Part shown: positions 27,706 through 36,745 of the stretch, piece after piece
How the letters are laid out: each line of letters begins with the position of its first letter
Position numbering within the stretch: the first letter of the stretch is position 1
Source of the DNA: an uncultured Candidatus Saccharibacteria bacterium
GTDB taxonomy: Bacteria > Patescibacteriota > Doudnabacteria > UBA920
Length of the DNA: 64,000 nucleotides
NCBI GenBank assembly: GCA_964490395.1
Contig: CAZBAS010000001.1
Location: 83,815 to 147,814 of the forward strand
Direction: 5' to 3'
Position numbers and translations under genes: made by a program
Notes under the pieces: model-generated
Told to the model about the DNA's origin: nothing
Seen by the model: the letters and a program-made list of their open reading frames with translations, nothing else
The model's database searches: none

Positions 27706-28419
27706 ATGAAGACCATTTTACATAAAAGCGAAACGCGGGGGCTTACTTCTGCGGGGTGGCTGGTTGGGCGCCATAGTTTTAGTTTTAATGAGTGGTACCA
27801 TCCGGAACGCGTTCAGTTTGGCGCGCTTCGGGTGTTGAACGATGACCTTATTATGCCCGGTGAAGGCTTTCCGCCCCATAGTCACCGTGATATGGAGATA
27901 GTAACTATTCCTCTGAAAGGTTCTGTCGCCCATGAAGATAGTAGTGGTGGTAAAGGTACGGTGGAGGCGGGGGAAGTGCAAATTATGTCTGCGGGTACAG
28001 GCGTAACCCACAGCGAGTACAATGCCTCTAAAGAAAATCCATTGGAACTCTTGCAAATATGGATACTCCCAGAACGGCCAGGGCTTCCTCCTCGGTACGA
28101 TGAAAAGAAATTTGATACAGCGGCGCGCTCGAATGCGTGGCAAGTACTAGTCTCTCCGGAGGGTGAAGCAGGGAGCTTGAACATATTTCAGAAAGCATGG
28201 TTTTCTATTGCAGACATTGCAACAGGTACTTCGCTTATCTACACACTGCACGACAAAAATTCCGGGGTATATGTGTTTACAATCTCCGGACAAGCGGAAG
28301 TAGGTGGTGAGCTTCTGTCGCGACGTGATGCGCTAGGGTTGGAAGGGCTAGAATCGTTTGCAGCGCACGCGCGTGAACAGACAATGCTACTTGCTATAGA
28401 AGTACCTATGGTACAATAA
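27706..28419 (+). CDS. Pirin-family bicupin protein
   Basis: HPHRDMEIVTIPLKGSVAHEDSSG matches the pirin metal-binding signature. The start was reassigned to the ATG at 27706 because the track start overlaps tsaD. Confidence 0.8.
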   Translation: MKTILHKSETRGLTSAGWLVGRHSFSFNEWYHPERVQFGALRVLNDDLIMPGEGFPPHSHRDMEIVTIPLKGSVAHEDSSGGKGTVEAGEVQIMSAGTGVTHSEYNASKENPLELLQIWILPERPGLPPRYDEKKFDTAARSNAWQVLVSPEGEAGSLNIFQKAWFSIADIATGTSLIYTLHDKNSGVYVFTISGQAEVGGELLSRRDALGLEGLESFAAHAREQTMLLAIEVPMVQ

Positions 28420-28442
28420 AGAAGCAATCATTAACTATATAT

Positions 28443-28838
28443 ATGGAAACAAATAGAATGCAAAACGAACAAGGTATGAGCTGTGCTCATTGTCAGAATT
28501 CAGGCATGTGTTGCGCCCACGGCCAGTGGACAAGCGGTAAATATTTATTGCTCCGCTGGTTACTCGGTCTCCTGGTTATGGTGGTAGTGTTCGCCATTGG
28601 TTTTAAACTCGGTGAGTTTAAGGGCTCCTTTATAGACGGTGCGTACGGTGGTAGTATGTATGGCCCTGGTATGCAGCACGGTATGATGCGCATGAACGGC
28701 GGCGATGTTATGTTCTACGGCGCTGGTGGTCGTACGCAAGTGCTCCCACAGTTTAACGTAGAAGAAAATGCTGTTCCTGCTCCGGCTACGAAACCCGTTC
28801 CTACAAAGCCTTCCACTACACCCAATACTACTAAGTAA
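28443..28838 (+). CDS. Hypothetical membrane protein (one transmembrane segment, Gly/Met-rich)
   Basis: ORF with a TM helix LLLRWLLGLLVMVVVFAIGF, followed by a terminator. Confidence 0.4.
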   Translation: METNRMQNEQGMSCAHCQNSGMCCAHGQWTSGKYLLLRWLLGLLVMVVVFAIGFKLGEFKGSFIDGAYGGSMYGPGMQHGMMRMNGGDVMFYGAGGRTQVLPQFNVEENAVPAPATKPVPTKPSTTPNTTK

Positions 28839-28851
28839 TAGAGTGTGCTGA

Positions 28852-28888
28852 ATAAAAAAACTCCCGCTACGCGCGGGAGTTTTTTTAT
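28852..28888. terminator. Bidirectional terminator (ctcccgc-tacg-cgcgggag, flanked by A- and T-runs)
   Basis: Stem-loop with an A-run upstream and a T-run downstream, between convergent genes. Confidence 0.75.
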
Positions 28889-28897
28889 TTGCAGGTG

Positions 28898-30649
28898 CTA
28901 TTTAGTCGGTAGTGCGGGAGCTGGGGCAGGGGAGGGTGCGGGCAGTGCATCTGGTTCGTCTGTGTCTTCATTGTTATAATCGTTCTGCTGTTTTGCATTC
29001 CCCTCTATGTGGGCAGGTTTTCCCGTGTACTCAATTCGGCTGCCGTTGTGCGCGTTTGCACTTAGGCTGTCCGTGGCTTGCAGAGTAATACGCGAGGCGT
29101 TCATTGCTTCTGCTGTAGCGGTGGAAGCTACTAGTTCTTGTGTATCTATCCACCCGGCATTGCGAGCTTCCAGTTTAAGCATGGTTGTTTTCCCGCTCAG
29201 GACTGCATGAGAAGCGTTTTCTGCGAGTACTTGCACAGAGCCTGCTTCTAGATTGAGATCAGCCCGGCTACCATTTGCAAGGTGGAGGGTGAGGGCGCTC
29301 GCGGTGAGTTTTGCACCATCTACCGATACAGCATTTTGCGCGGCAATGCTGGAGTATGCTGGAGCAGTGATGGTTATGCGGGGTCGTTTATGTATGCAGA
29401 ATATGCACCAGTGGTCTCCGGTTGTGTTCTGCTCGGACACAGTGAGCACATTTCCCGCTATTTGAGTGCGGATGCGGCTTTGTTCTTTTTCTACTGCGTC
29501 TATTTGTACGCTGTAGGTGCTTCCTTGTTGTAAGGTAACTCGCATGTCATTTTCCAGAGCAACGCCAGTAAAGCTCTCCAGTGTCCTAGTGGTTGTTACG
29601 GTTCGGTATTCAGGACTTGTTTCCACAAATTCCTGTACCCGTGGGGCAATGCGCGCTGCAAGTGCAGCGCCACTGGCTACGGCTATAATCCACACAGCAA
29701 GAAGGCTTGCAGTGGTGGCTACGTGGAAGCGATTCTTTTTAGTTGCAAGACTTGTGCCTGCAAGAAGGAGAAATACCAATGGAACAAATGCCGCAAAGAA
29801 TGCTATGAGTACAGTCAGGTAGAACATGCCATGGCCAAACAGGTCACGCAGGGGAAACTCAACATACGGAGAAGTGCCAGAAGCAGCGAGTCCAACCATG
29901 CCTAGAATGAGTCCGACTATGGCGACCGATGATCCTACAAGAATAGCGGCGCCTATAAGTCGGAGGGCTACATGGACAAGTTTTTTTATTACTACACCCA
30001 AGCGACCAACCACTTCATGAATAAAGCCGCCAACGCGGTGTGCGCCTTTGCGTGCCTCTGGATTGTCTAGTATTTTTTCCTTAACAGACTGCTCTATGGC
30101 TTTAAGCGTAGGGCGGTCGCCTTTCATTTCTACTTTTTGTGATGCAGTTTCTGCTTCCGGCACAATAATCCATAGCACTATATATATGGCCACTGCAGAA
30201 CCGCCAAGGAAGGCAATAGCAATAAAAGCAAGTCGTACCCACAGTGGGTCTATATCAAAATATGCAGCTATGCCACTGGCTACACCACCCAAAATGGGTT
30301 TGTCGCCATCACGGTATAAGCGTCGTTTGCCACTGTTACCTGTTTTTGCTTCTGGAGCCGGCTCTTTTTCTGGTAATCCTTGCTCGGTTTCGCTAAAGTC
30401 TTCCGGTTTGCCCATACCTACAATTATGTTTTGCACGGACTCCAGGTTTACTATGGGCTGGGCTTCTTTATCTTCCGGCATAAGTTGCTCGGCAATGCGC
30501 GCTTCTATGTCCCGCAGTATTTCTTCGCTGTCTGCGAACTTCGCAAAGTGGTTTTTGACACTTCGTAAGTAGTTGTCGAGTACTGGGTATGCATCTTCCT
30601 CTACATAGAATATGCGTCCCGCTAAATTTACATTAATAGTTTTCTTCAT
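28898..30649 (-). CDS. PspC-domain membrane protein with a C-terminal DUF4097-like beta-rich domain
   Basis: PspC motif (ILGGVASGIAAYFDIDPLWVRLAFIAIAFLGG). The gene is immediately downstream of the PadR regulator. Confidence 0.7.
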   Translation of the reverse strand: MKKTINVNLAGRIFYVEEDAYPVLDNYLRSVKNHFAKFADSEEILRDIEARIAEQLMPEDKEAQPIVNLESVQNIIVGMGKPEDFSETEQGLPEKEPAPEAKTGNSGKRRLYRDGDKPILGGVASGIAAYFDIDPLWVRLAFIAIAFLGGSAVAIYIVLWIIVPEAETASQKVEMKGDRPTLKAIEQSVKEKILDNPEARKGAHRVGGFIHEVVGRLGVVIKKLVHVALRLIGAAILVGSSVAIVGLILGMVGLAASGTSPYVEFPLRDLFGHGMFYLTVLIAFFAAFVPLVFLLLAGTSLATKKNRFHVATTASLLAVWIIAVASGAALAARIAPRVQEFVETSPEYRTVTTTRTLESFTGVALENDMRVTLQQGSTYSVQIDAVEKEQSRIRTQIAGNVLTVSEQNTTGDHWCIFCIHKRPRITITAPAYSSIAAQNAVSVDGAKLTASALTLHLANGSRADLNLEAGSVQVLAENASHAVLSGKTTMLKLEARNAGWIDTQELVASTATAEAMNASRITLQATDSLSANAHNGSRIEYTGKPAHIEGNAKQQNDYNNEDTDEPDALPAPSPAPAPALPTK

Positions 30650-30656
30650 ATGGTTT

Positions 30657-30690
30657 GGTCGGTCTCCTCATATTGGGGAGGGGGTATAAT
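30657..30690. repeat. GGGGAGG-type element in the 5' UTR of the PspC-domain gene (ggtcggtctcctc-atatt-ggggaggggg)
   Basis: It shares ggtcggtct and the CTCC..GGGGAGG palindrome with the other copies. Confidence 0.5.
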
Positions 30691-30731
30691 TACTCTTTTC
30701 TAAAAAGCTAAGCAGCTAACTAGCTAAAAAG

Positions 30732-31070
30732 CTATTGCGCTATAAGCGTATTAATAGACTTACTAAATTCTTGCCAGGTAGCTTTAAGTGTCTTCAGCGC
30801 AGCTTTGCCTTCTTGGGTGAGCTCGTAATACTTGCGCGGCGGACCAGTTTTAGATTCTTCCCATGAGTAGGAAAGGAGGCCTGCGGTCTTAAGGCGAGAA
30901 AGTAGGGGGTAGAGTGTTCCCTCTACTACGAGTAGATTTGCTTCCTTAAGCTCTTTTAGTATGTCGCTGGCGTAAATGGGTCCTTTGGCTATAACCAGCA
31001 ACGTACAAAACTCCAGTATGCCCTTGCGCATTTGCGCTTTGGCGTTGTCTATATCAAATGCATTATCCAT
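30732..31070 (-). CDS. PadR-family transcriptional regulator
   Basis: Winged HTH (GPIYASDILKEL..GTLYPLLSRLKTAGLLSYSWEESKTGPPRKYYELT). Confidence 0.8.
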   Translation of the reverse strand: MDNAFDIDNAKAQMRKGILEFCTLLVIAKGPIYASDILKELKEANLLVVEGTLYPLLSRLKTAGLLSYSWEESKTGPPRKYYELTQEGKAALKTLKATWQEFSKSINTLIAQ

Positions 31071-31088
31071 AATGTGTCTTCTCTTTTT

Positions 31089-31120
31089 CCTCCCCTGATA
31101 TAGGGAGGGTGGGAGGGGTG
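31089..31120. repeat. GGGGAGG-type element in the 5' UTR of the PadR gene (cctcccc-tgatata-gggagg-gtg-ggagggg)
   Basis: Same architecture as the other copies. Confidence 0.55.
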
Positions 31121-31246
31121 TTATTTGTGGTTGTTCTAAATAATCCGGTTGTATAAATATAGTATATACTATAGTACCTTTTTATGCAAGGTACTATATA
31201 AATCTCTTTAGCATACATTATGAAGAGTCATAGATTAATGTATAAA

Positions 31247-31300
31247 AAAGCAACACCACTGCGCTCCAAGTAACAAATTACCTGGTAACTGCAGTGGTGT
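31247..31300 (-). terminator. Terminator hairpin (12-bp stem caacaccactgc/gcagtggtgttg) followed by a T-run on the minus strand
   Basis: Stem, a 28-nt loop and cttttttata on the minus strand, downstream of the ORF at 31312..31704. Confidence 0.5.
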
Positions 31301-31311
31301 TGAAGATAAGA

Positions 31312-31704
31312 CTATTGCCGGCGTAGCCAGACACTTGCCACTCGACCTTCGTAATAGGTTGTAGTTTCAAAGGTTTTCGTACAGCGTAGTAAAGTTGAAT
31401 GTACGAATAATGGGTCGACGACAAACTTGTCGTCTACCGTGTCTTCAAGACATATTTCATTCAGAATTTCATGCAAATCCTCAAATTCAAGTTCGTCGCC
31501 ATCTCCTAGGATGGCAATACAAAGGAGTTTTATAAACTGATACCGATTCAATTTTCCTCTGTGGACTCGTTTCTTTCTCATTTTTCTCCGGAACGGAAAA
31601 GCAGGTCGAAAAACAGAATAGCCTTCTGTATTCCCCCTGTAAGTTTTACCACTCTGCAACCAAACGATATGATTGCAACTCCTTACTATAACATAAAAAT
31701 ACAA
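31312..31704 (-). CDS. Hypothetical protein
   Basis: ORF with a downstream terminator and no recognisable motif. The true start may be the internal MRKKR. Confidence 0.3.
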   Translation of the reverse strand: MYFYVIVRSCNHIVWLQSGKTYRGNTEGYSVFRPAFPFRRKMRKKRVHRGKLNRYQFIKLLCIAILGDGDELEFEDLHEILNEICLEDTVDDKFVVDPLFVHSTLLRCTKTFETTTYYEGRVASVWLRRQ

Positions 31705-31798
31705 TATTGTAAATAGCCATGCAGTCCATAATGCCCATTAATATGTGCTAAAATAAGGGGAATTAGGTATCGTATCTAAAATTAAAATAAATACATGT

Positions 31799-32470
31799 AT
31801 GCCAAAACCCATCATTAAGAATTTAGATCGCATAGAGCAGCCAAGAGAGAAGTTGCTTAAGTATGGAGTAGAGAAGCTCGGCGAGACTGAGCTGCTAGCC
31901 ATTTTATTACGTACAGGTACGGAGGGCAAAAACGTCCTGGTGCTTGCTCGCGAACTTCTAAAAAAGTTTCCGGGCACTTCCCTTGCCAACGCGTCCATTG
32001 AAAGTCTACGAAAGGTAAAAGGGGTGGGCGAAGTAAAGGCGCTAGAAATAGTGGCGTGTTTGGAGCTCGGAAGGAGATTACTCAAAGACAAACAGTCCGA
32101 GCTGGTTTTGTCACCCCGAGCCGTGGCCGAACAAATGAGCACTGAGCGCATAAGTAAAAAAGAACACTTTGTTGTGTTCTTTTTAGATACTCAAAACCAA
32201 ATCGTACGGAAAGAGCTTGTTTCCATTGGCACCCTTAACGCTAGCCTTATTCATCCACGCGAAGTGTTCGAGCCTGCAATTAAATTCTTAGCGTCGCATA
32301 TTATAGTGGCGCATAATCATCCATCGGGTAGCCTTGAGCCAAGCGAAGAAGATTTAGCAGTAACCAAGCGGCTGGGGGATGCAGGCAAGCTCCTCGGCAT
32401 TCAACTGCTGGATCACGTTATAGTTACCACCATCGGCTACATTAGTTTAAAAGAACAAAATTTGCTCTAG
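31799..32470 (+). CDS. RadC-like JAB-domain protein (UPF0758)
   Basis: N-terminal HhH (LSDTELLAILLRTG-like: LGETELLAILLRTGTEG) and the JAB motif HIIVAHNHPSGSLEPSEED. Confidence 0.85.
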   Translation: MPKPIIKNLDRIEQPREKLLKYGVEKLGETELLAILLRTGTEGKNVLVLARELLKKFPGTSLANASIESLRKVKGVGEVKALEIVACLELGRRLLKDKQSELVLSPRAVAEQMSTERISKKEHFVVFFLDTQNQIVRKELVSIGTLNASLIHPREVFEPAIKFLASHIIVAHNHPSGSLEPSEEDLAVTKRLGDAGKLLGIQLLDHVIVTTIGYISLKEQNLL

Positions 32471-32635
32471 AACAATGGGCACCATTGTACAGTACAATGG
32501 TGCCCATTGTTATTTTCTCTATATTTAGTTTTCCACTTGACCCTATACACACATGTACACTATTATGTACATGTGACTCGCATTGATTTTCCCACACCTA
32601 AGAAGCTACCAGCTACTCCCTAATAAGCTAAATAT

Positions 32636-32989
32636 ATGAACCCCAAATACACCCTTCCCATTTCGGAGGCCCGCAAAAAAATATTTGAAATTGCCGAAGA
32701 GGTCCAAAAGCCTGGTCGCCATTACACCTTAACCGAGAATGGCAGGCCAAAGGCTGTAATTTTATCTATGGAAGAATACGATTCGCTTATGGAAGACTTA
32801 GAAATTATGAGCGATCCCCAAGCCTTGGCGCGTATTAAAAAGGCAGAAGAGGAGCTCGAGAGAGGTGAGTACTCCACCTGGGATGAAGTGAAACAAGAAC
32901 TTGGATGGTATAAATTGGAGCCGTCCTATGTCATGGAAAAACCCAAGAAAACATATACGGTGAAGGCGAAAGCTAAAAAGAAAAAATAG
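32636..32989 (+). CDS. Phd/YefM-family antitoxin
   Basis: Prevent-host-death-type N-terminus (LPISEARKKIFEIAEEV..YTLTENGRPKAVILSMEEYDSLMEDLE). It ends 1 nt before the toxin start. Confidence 0.65.
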   Translation: MNPKYTLPISEARKKIFEIAEEVQKPGRHYTLTENGRPKAVILSMEEYDSLMEDLEIMSDPQALARIKKAEEELERGEYSTWDEVKQELGWYKLEPSYVMEKPKKTYTVKAKAKKKK

Positions 32990-32990
32990 C

Positions 32991-33254
32991 ATGGAACCGA
33001 GTTATTACATATACGTACCAAAATCCGTAATAAAATCGATGCGCAAAATTCCGTTACAATGGGTAGGGCGTATTAAGCGTACTATTGATGGTTTAGGGCT
33101 AGATCCTTACCTAGGGGATAAAATGAGTGGCGATAGGAAAGATAAACGGAAAATTCGTGTATGGCCTTACAGAATAATCTATCGAGTTAATGAATCGACT
33201 CGGCTCATAGAAATTGTGGAAGTTGAGCGTAGGGGAAATATGTCCTATGACTAA
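32991..33254 (+). CDS. RelE/ParE-family toxin
   Basis: C-terminal signature KIRVWPYRIIYRVNESTRLIEIVEVERRGN. Confidence 0.65.
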   Translation: MEPSYYIYVPKSVIKSMRKIPLQWVGRIKRTIDGLGLDPYLGDKMSGDRKDKRKIRVWPYRIIYRVNESTRLIEIVEVERRGNMSYD

Positions 33255-33402
33255 AAAAATCCAAAAGCGACTTACCAAAGATTGCGCCATTTGTGGTAAG
33301 CTCATGAGAGTTATTGTGCATGCCGACAAAACGTATCGTGGCGGTCATTTCTTTGGTAAAATACCGCTTTATACGCACATAGCAATGCGCGAAGCTGACT
33401 AA
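33247..33402 (+). CDS. Small Cys/His-containing protein (51 aa), translationally coupled to the RelE gene; hypothetical
   Basis: The ATG overlaps the toxin stop codon (tATGActaa). It contains CAICGK..H..H. Confidence 0.3.
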   Translation: MTKKIQKRLTKDCAICGKLMRVIVHADKTYRGGHFFGKIPLYTHIAMREAD

Positions 33403-33525
33403 GCTGGGTACGCTGAGGAGAAGTTGGGTGCTCTTGCCGTGCGTGTTATGAAGAAAGACCTAGTCGCCTATAAGCAGGTAGAATATTGGGAATGCCCAAA
33501 GTGCTATTGGAGAGGATAATCCATT

Positions 33526-33903
33526 ATGACTAGTAATAAATTAGTTTGGAGTAACGTTATTTTTTTGGTGCCGCTCGTATTTGCTATATGCTGGTCTGTT
33601 AGTTGGTATGCAGGTGCTGTATTGTTAAGCGCCACCTTTTCCTTTGCGTACCATCATTCACGGGAGCGTTCATATAAAAGGGTGGATTTAGCTCTTGCGC
33701 TAACGTTGATTTTTTCTAATTTCATTTTGCTTTTTGGGGGTAGCTTTAAACCTGTGGGTGTTAGTTTGGCGGCCCTGTTTATGGCAGTCATCGCGCTATA
33801 TTTTTATTTTTCTCAGCATAAAGATTATCGGAATTACCATAGTATGTACCATATTCTTTCCGCAGCGGTATGTACTCTGTGTCTAATAGTGTTTCATTAT
33901 TGA
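33526..33903 (+). CDS. Hypothetical integral membrane protein (four TM helices)
   Basis: Hydrophobic ORF. Its stop codon is 2 nt before the Pif1 helicase start. Confidence 0.45.
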   Translation: MTSNKLVWSNVIFLVPLVFAICWSVSWYAGAVLLSATFSFAYHHSRERSYKRVDLALALTLIFSNFILLFGGSFKPVGVSLAALFMAVIALYFYFSQHKDYRNYHSMYHILSAAVCTLCLIVFHY

Positions 33904-33904
33904 T

Positions 33905-35986
33905 ATGACAGATACAAACGAACCAAAAAAATACTCTGTAGAAGAAATACGCAAAACGCACCCGCGCATGGGCATGCGCTGGGACAAAGAAGAGGATGAG
34001 CGGCTTCAGGCAGCGTACAGAGAGTTCCTATCGGAGCAAGGACGTAGCTTCGATCCATTCTTAGACCAGCTGGTAAAAGATTTCGGCCGTGCTGCGGGCG
34101 GTCTTAAGGCACGCCTTGCTATGCATTTCGATGATGTGCCCGGCTGGGATTATGAACAGGACAAGTACCGCGCTGAAGGTTTAGAAAAAGAAGTGGAGGG
34201 CTTATTTAGTCCGGAAAAAGATGCGCTGCTAAAAAGTGAGTATGAAAAGTACGTGTCCACCAAAGCAGAAACGTACTTAGCTTTTGTAAAGCGCATGAAC
34301 GAAGCACTGGGCGGTATAGAGAATAAATATATTCGTCACCGTTTGGAAAAGCTTGTGGGGGCCATAGAAATGTACAAGCGTTCTGACCTGGCTCCTCAAA
34401 AAGCAAAGCGGGCGAGTAACTTGGAAGAACCGCTGGAGAACATAGATTTTTCCGGTAATCCAGAATCGGAAGAAGCGCTGCGCATAATGGATGAAACTAA
34501 CGAAAACCTTTTTCTTACTGGAGAGGCGGGAACGGGTAAGTCCACCCTCCTGCAGTATTTTAGAAGTATTACCAAAAAGAATGTAGTAGTGCTGGCGCCA
34601 ACCGGTGTAGCTGCGCTGAATGTAGGTGGCCAGACCATTCATTCATTTTGCGGTTTTGGGCCGGACATTACGTTGCCAAAAGTAAAGCGCCTCGGGTCGT
34701 GGGCACCAAAGAAAAAGCTTTTGCAAAAGGTGCATACCATAGTCATAGACGAAATATCTATGGTGCGTGCAGACTTGCTCGACTGTGTAGATAAATTCCT
34801 ACGGCTAAACGGCCCAGCAGGGCATATTTCGTTTGGCGGCATTCAAGTGGTGTTTATAGGTGACTTGTTTCAACTTCCTCCCGTGGAGAAAGATTTTGTA
34901 ATGCGCCGCGAATCCGCGCAGGCCGCGGGTTTATTTGACGGTGTAGATGAAGACCCGGATTCAGCTCCTACGCATGCCTCGGCGCATACATACGCTAGCC
35001 CGTACTTTTTTGATTCGCAGGTGTTTCGTACTACCAATTTTCGTCATGTAAGCCTTAAGCACATGTATCGCCAGCACGATCCTGTATTTATAGATGTGCT
35101 CAATGCAGTGCGCAACAATCGCGTCTCGCAGAACCACTTAACTGTGCTGAATAGCCGTGCGCAGTCCCAAGGTACAAAGTTTACGTTTGAACAGTTTGCT
35201 ATATACCTTACCCCCACAAATGCTCGAGCGCGCCAGGTAAACAATTTCTTTTTGGAAAAGATTCCTTCGCCACTTAAAACATACAAGGGTTCTGCTCGCG
35301 GCACGTTTGAAAATAAAGAACTGCCTACCGACCTGGACTTGCAAATAAAAATTGGCAGCCAGGTTATGATGCTAAACAACGACCAGCGCAAGCGTTGGGT
35401 AAACGGCACCATGGGTAAAATAGTTGGCATTGAAAAAGCGGGTGGGTCATCTCCCTTTAAGGCGGGGGCTTCCCCGTCCTTCCCTCCCCAAGCTCTGGGG
35501 AGGGGTAGGGGAGAGGTCGGTCTGACAATGCCCGAGCGGCCGCGAAGTATAGAACAAATAACGGACCCCGATCCATTTTCCTATGAATACATAGACGAAG
35601 AAGTACCGCCAGTTTTTTCCGCAACAGACACCATAGTAATAGAACTGGAAACCGGCGACACCGTATACGTGCAACCTCACACCTGGGAAATGTTTAAGTT
35701 TGTGTTGGACGGTGCAACCCAAAGTTTAGACAGCGAAGTCACTGGGTCGTTTACCCAATATCCATTTAAACTGGCGTGGGCAGTTACCATTCACAAAGCG
35801 CAAGGCAAAACATTTAATAAAGTCTATGTAGACTTAGCCACTGGTACGTTTGCGCATGGGCAGTTGTATGTAGCCCTGTCCCGGTGCCGTACCTTAGAAG
35901 GGCTATACTTAAAAGACCCCATTATGCAGAAGGATATTATTTTGGACAATCGGGTAGTAGAATTTATGAAAAGATTAACAGTATAA
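33905..35986 (+). CDS. Pif1/RecD-family SF1B DNA helicase with an N-terminal extension (Myb/SANT-like W..EEDERL) and a repeat-element insertion
   Basis: FLTGEAGTGKSTLLQYF, APTGVAALNV, IVIDEISMV and VFIGDLFQLPPV motifs. About 55 extra aa relative to the paralogue at 38063 include a GGGGAGG palindromic element (35445..35527). Confidence 0.85.
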   Translation: MTDTNEPKKYSVEEIRKTHPRMGMRWDKEEDERLQAAYREFLSEQGRSFDPFLDQLVKDFGRAAGGLKARLAMHFDDVPGWDYEQDKYRAEGLEKEVEGLFSPEKDALLKSEYEKYVSTKAETYLAFVKRMNEALGGIENKYIRHRLEKLVGAIEMYKRSDLAPQKAKRASNLEEPLENIDFSGNPESEEALRIMDETNENLFLTGEAGTGKSTLLQYFRSITKKNVVVLAPTGVAALNVGGQTIHSFCGFGPDITLPKVKRLGSWAPKKKLLQKVHTIVIDEISMVRADLLDCVDKFLRLNGPAGHISFGGIQVVFIGDLFQLPPVEKDFVMRRESAQAAGLFDGVDEDPDSAPTHASAHTYASPYFFDSQVFRTTNFRHVSLKHMYRQHDPVFIDVLNAVRNNRVSQNHLTVLNSRAQSQGTKFTFEQFAIYLTPTNARARQVNNFFLEKIPSPLKTYKGSARGTFENKELPTDLDLQIKIGSQVMMLNNDQRKRWVNGTMGKIVGIEKAGGSSPFKAGASPSFPPQALGRGRGEVGLTMPERPRSIEQITDPDPFSYEYIDEEVPPVFSATDTIVIELETGDTVYVQPHTWEMFKFVLDGATQSLDSEVTGSFTQYPFKLAWAVTIHKAQGKTFNKVYVDLATGTFAHGQLYVALSRCRTLEGLYLKDPIMQKDIILDNRVVEFMKRLTV
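35445..35527. repeat. GGGGAGG-type palindromic element (ccctcccc-aagctct-ggggaggg..gagaggtcggt) inserted in-frame in the Pif1 CDS
   Basis: It shares CTCCCC-N6-7-GGGGAG-N6-7-GAGAGGTCGGT with the intergenic copy at 62709..62765. It encodes SFPPQALGRGRGEVGL, which is absent from the paralogous helicase. Confidence 0.7.
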
Positions 35987-35991
35987 CTCTT

Positions 35992-36204
35992 ATGAAAACA
36001 AACCTAGTCCCGTATATAGCAAAAAACATAACCATAGTTGTTGCACTTGTTCTTATATGGCGCGGCATTTGGGAGCTTTTGGACAAAATTGACTATGCAC
36101 TATTTGGCGGCAGCCATGTAGTTACAGCGATTGGGGGGATAGTGGTTGGTCTGTTGCTGCTCTATGTACCAGACAAAGACCTGAAAGAAATAGAAAAGAT
36201 GTAG
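35992..36204 (+). CDS. Small membrane protein (70 aa), hypothetical
   Basis: An ATG just after the helicase stop, followed by two hydrophobic helices. Confidence 0.35.
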   Translation: MKTNLVPYIAKNITIVVALVLIWRGIWELLDKIDYALFGGSHVVTAIGGIVVGLLLLYVPDKDLKEIEKM

Positions 36205-36346
36205 TCGCACAAGCAAAGTAAATTTCCAGTGGTCTCGGTGTTTCGTTTTCGCTTTAGAAATTATTTTGCAGCCCACGGAAAAAGGCGCGAAGCCACAACG
36301 CCTTAGCTTGCCCGCTAGGATGCTTTTAAAAAGTAATACGTAAAAT

Positions 36347-36745
36347 ATGCAAACATATTCATGGTACGCACAACTTAGTAAGCCGAGCTGGGCGCCGCCA
36401 AGTTGGCTGTTCGGTCCGGTGTGGACAGTATTGTATGCTGTTGTCGCAGTAAGCTACGGGTACGTAGTGTATTTATATATCCAAAAACGGGTGCCGTTTA
36501 TGGTTTTATTGCCGTTCATATTGAATGTGGTGTTCAACGCACTGTTCACCCCGCTGCAGTTTGGTTTGAAGAGTAATGTGCTTGCCTCGGTCGACATTGT
36601 CCTAGTCCTGGGTACGCTGTTGTGGGCGCTCATTGCTATATTTCCTCATGCCCGGTGGGTTGCGTATGTAAATATTCCCTATGTGTTGTGGGTATGTTTT
36701 GCTACCGTGCTGCAGTTTACTATTACGTATTTAAACCGCTCATGA
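36347..36745 (+). CDS. TspO/MBR-family tryptophan-rich sensory protein
   Basis: LSKPSWAPPSWLFGPVWTVLY matches the TspO N-terminal signature. The protein has five TM helices. Confidence 0.75.
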   Translation: MQTYSWYAQLSKPSWAPPSWLFGPVWTVLYAVVAVSYGYVVYLYIQKRVPFMVLLPFILNVVFNALFTPLQFGLKSNVLASVDIVLVLGTLLWALIAIFPHARWVAYVNIPYVLWVCFATVLQFTITYLNRS

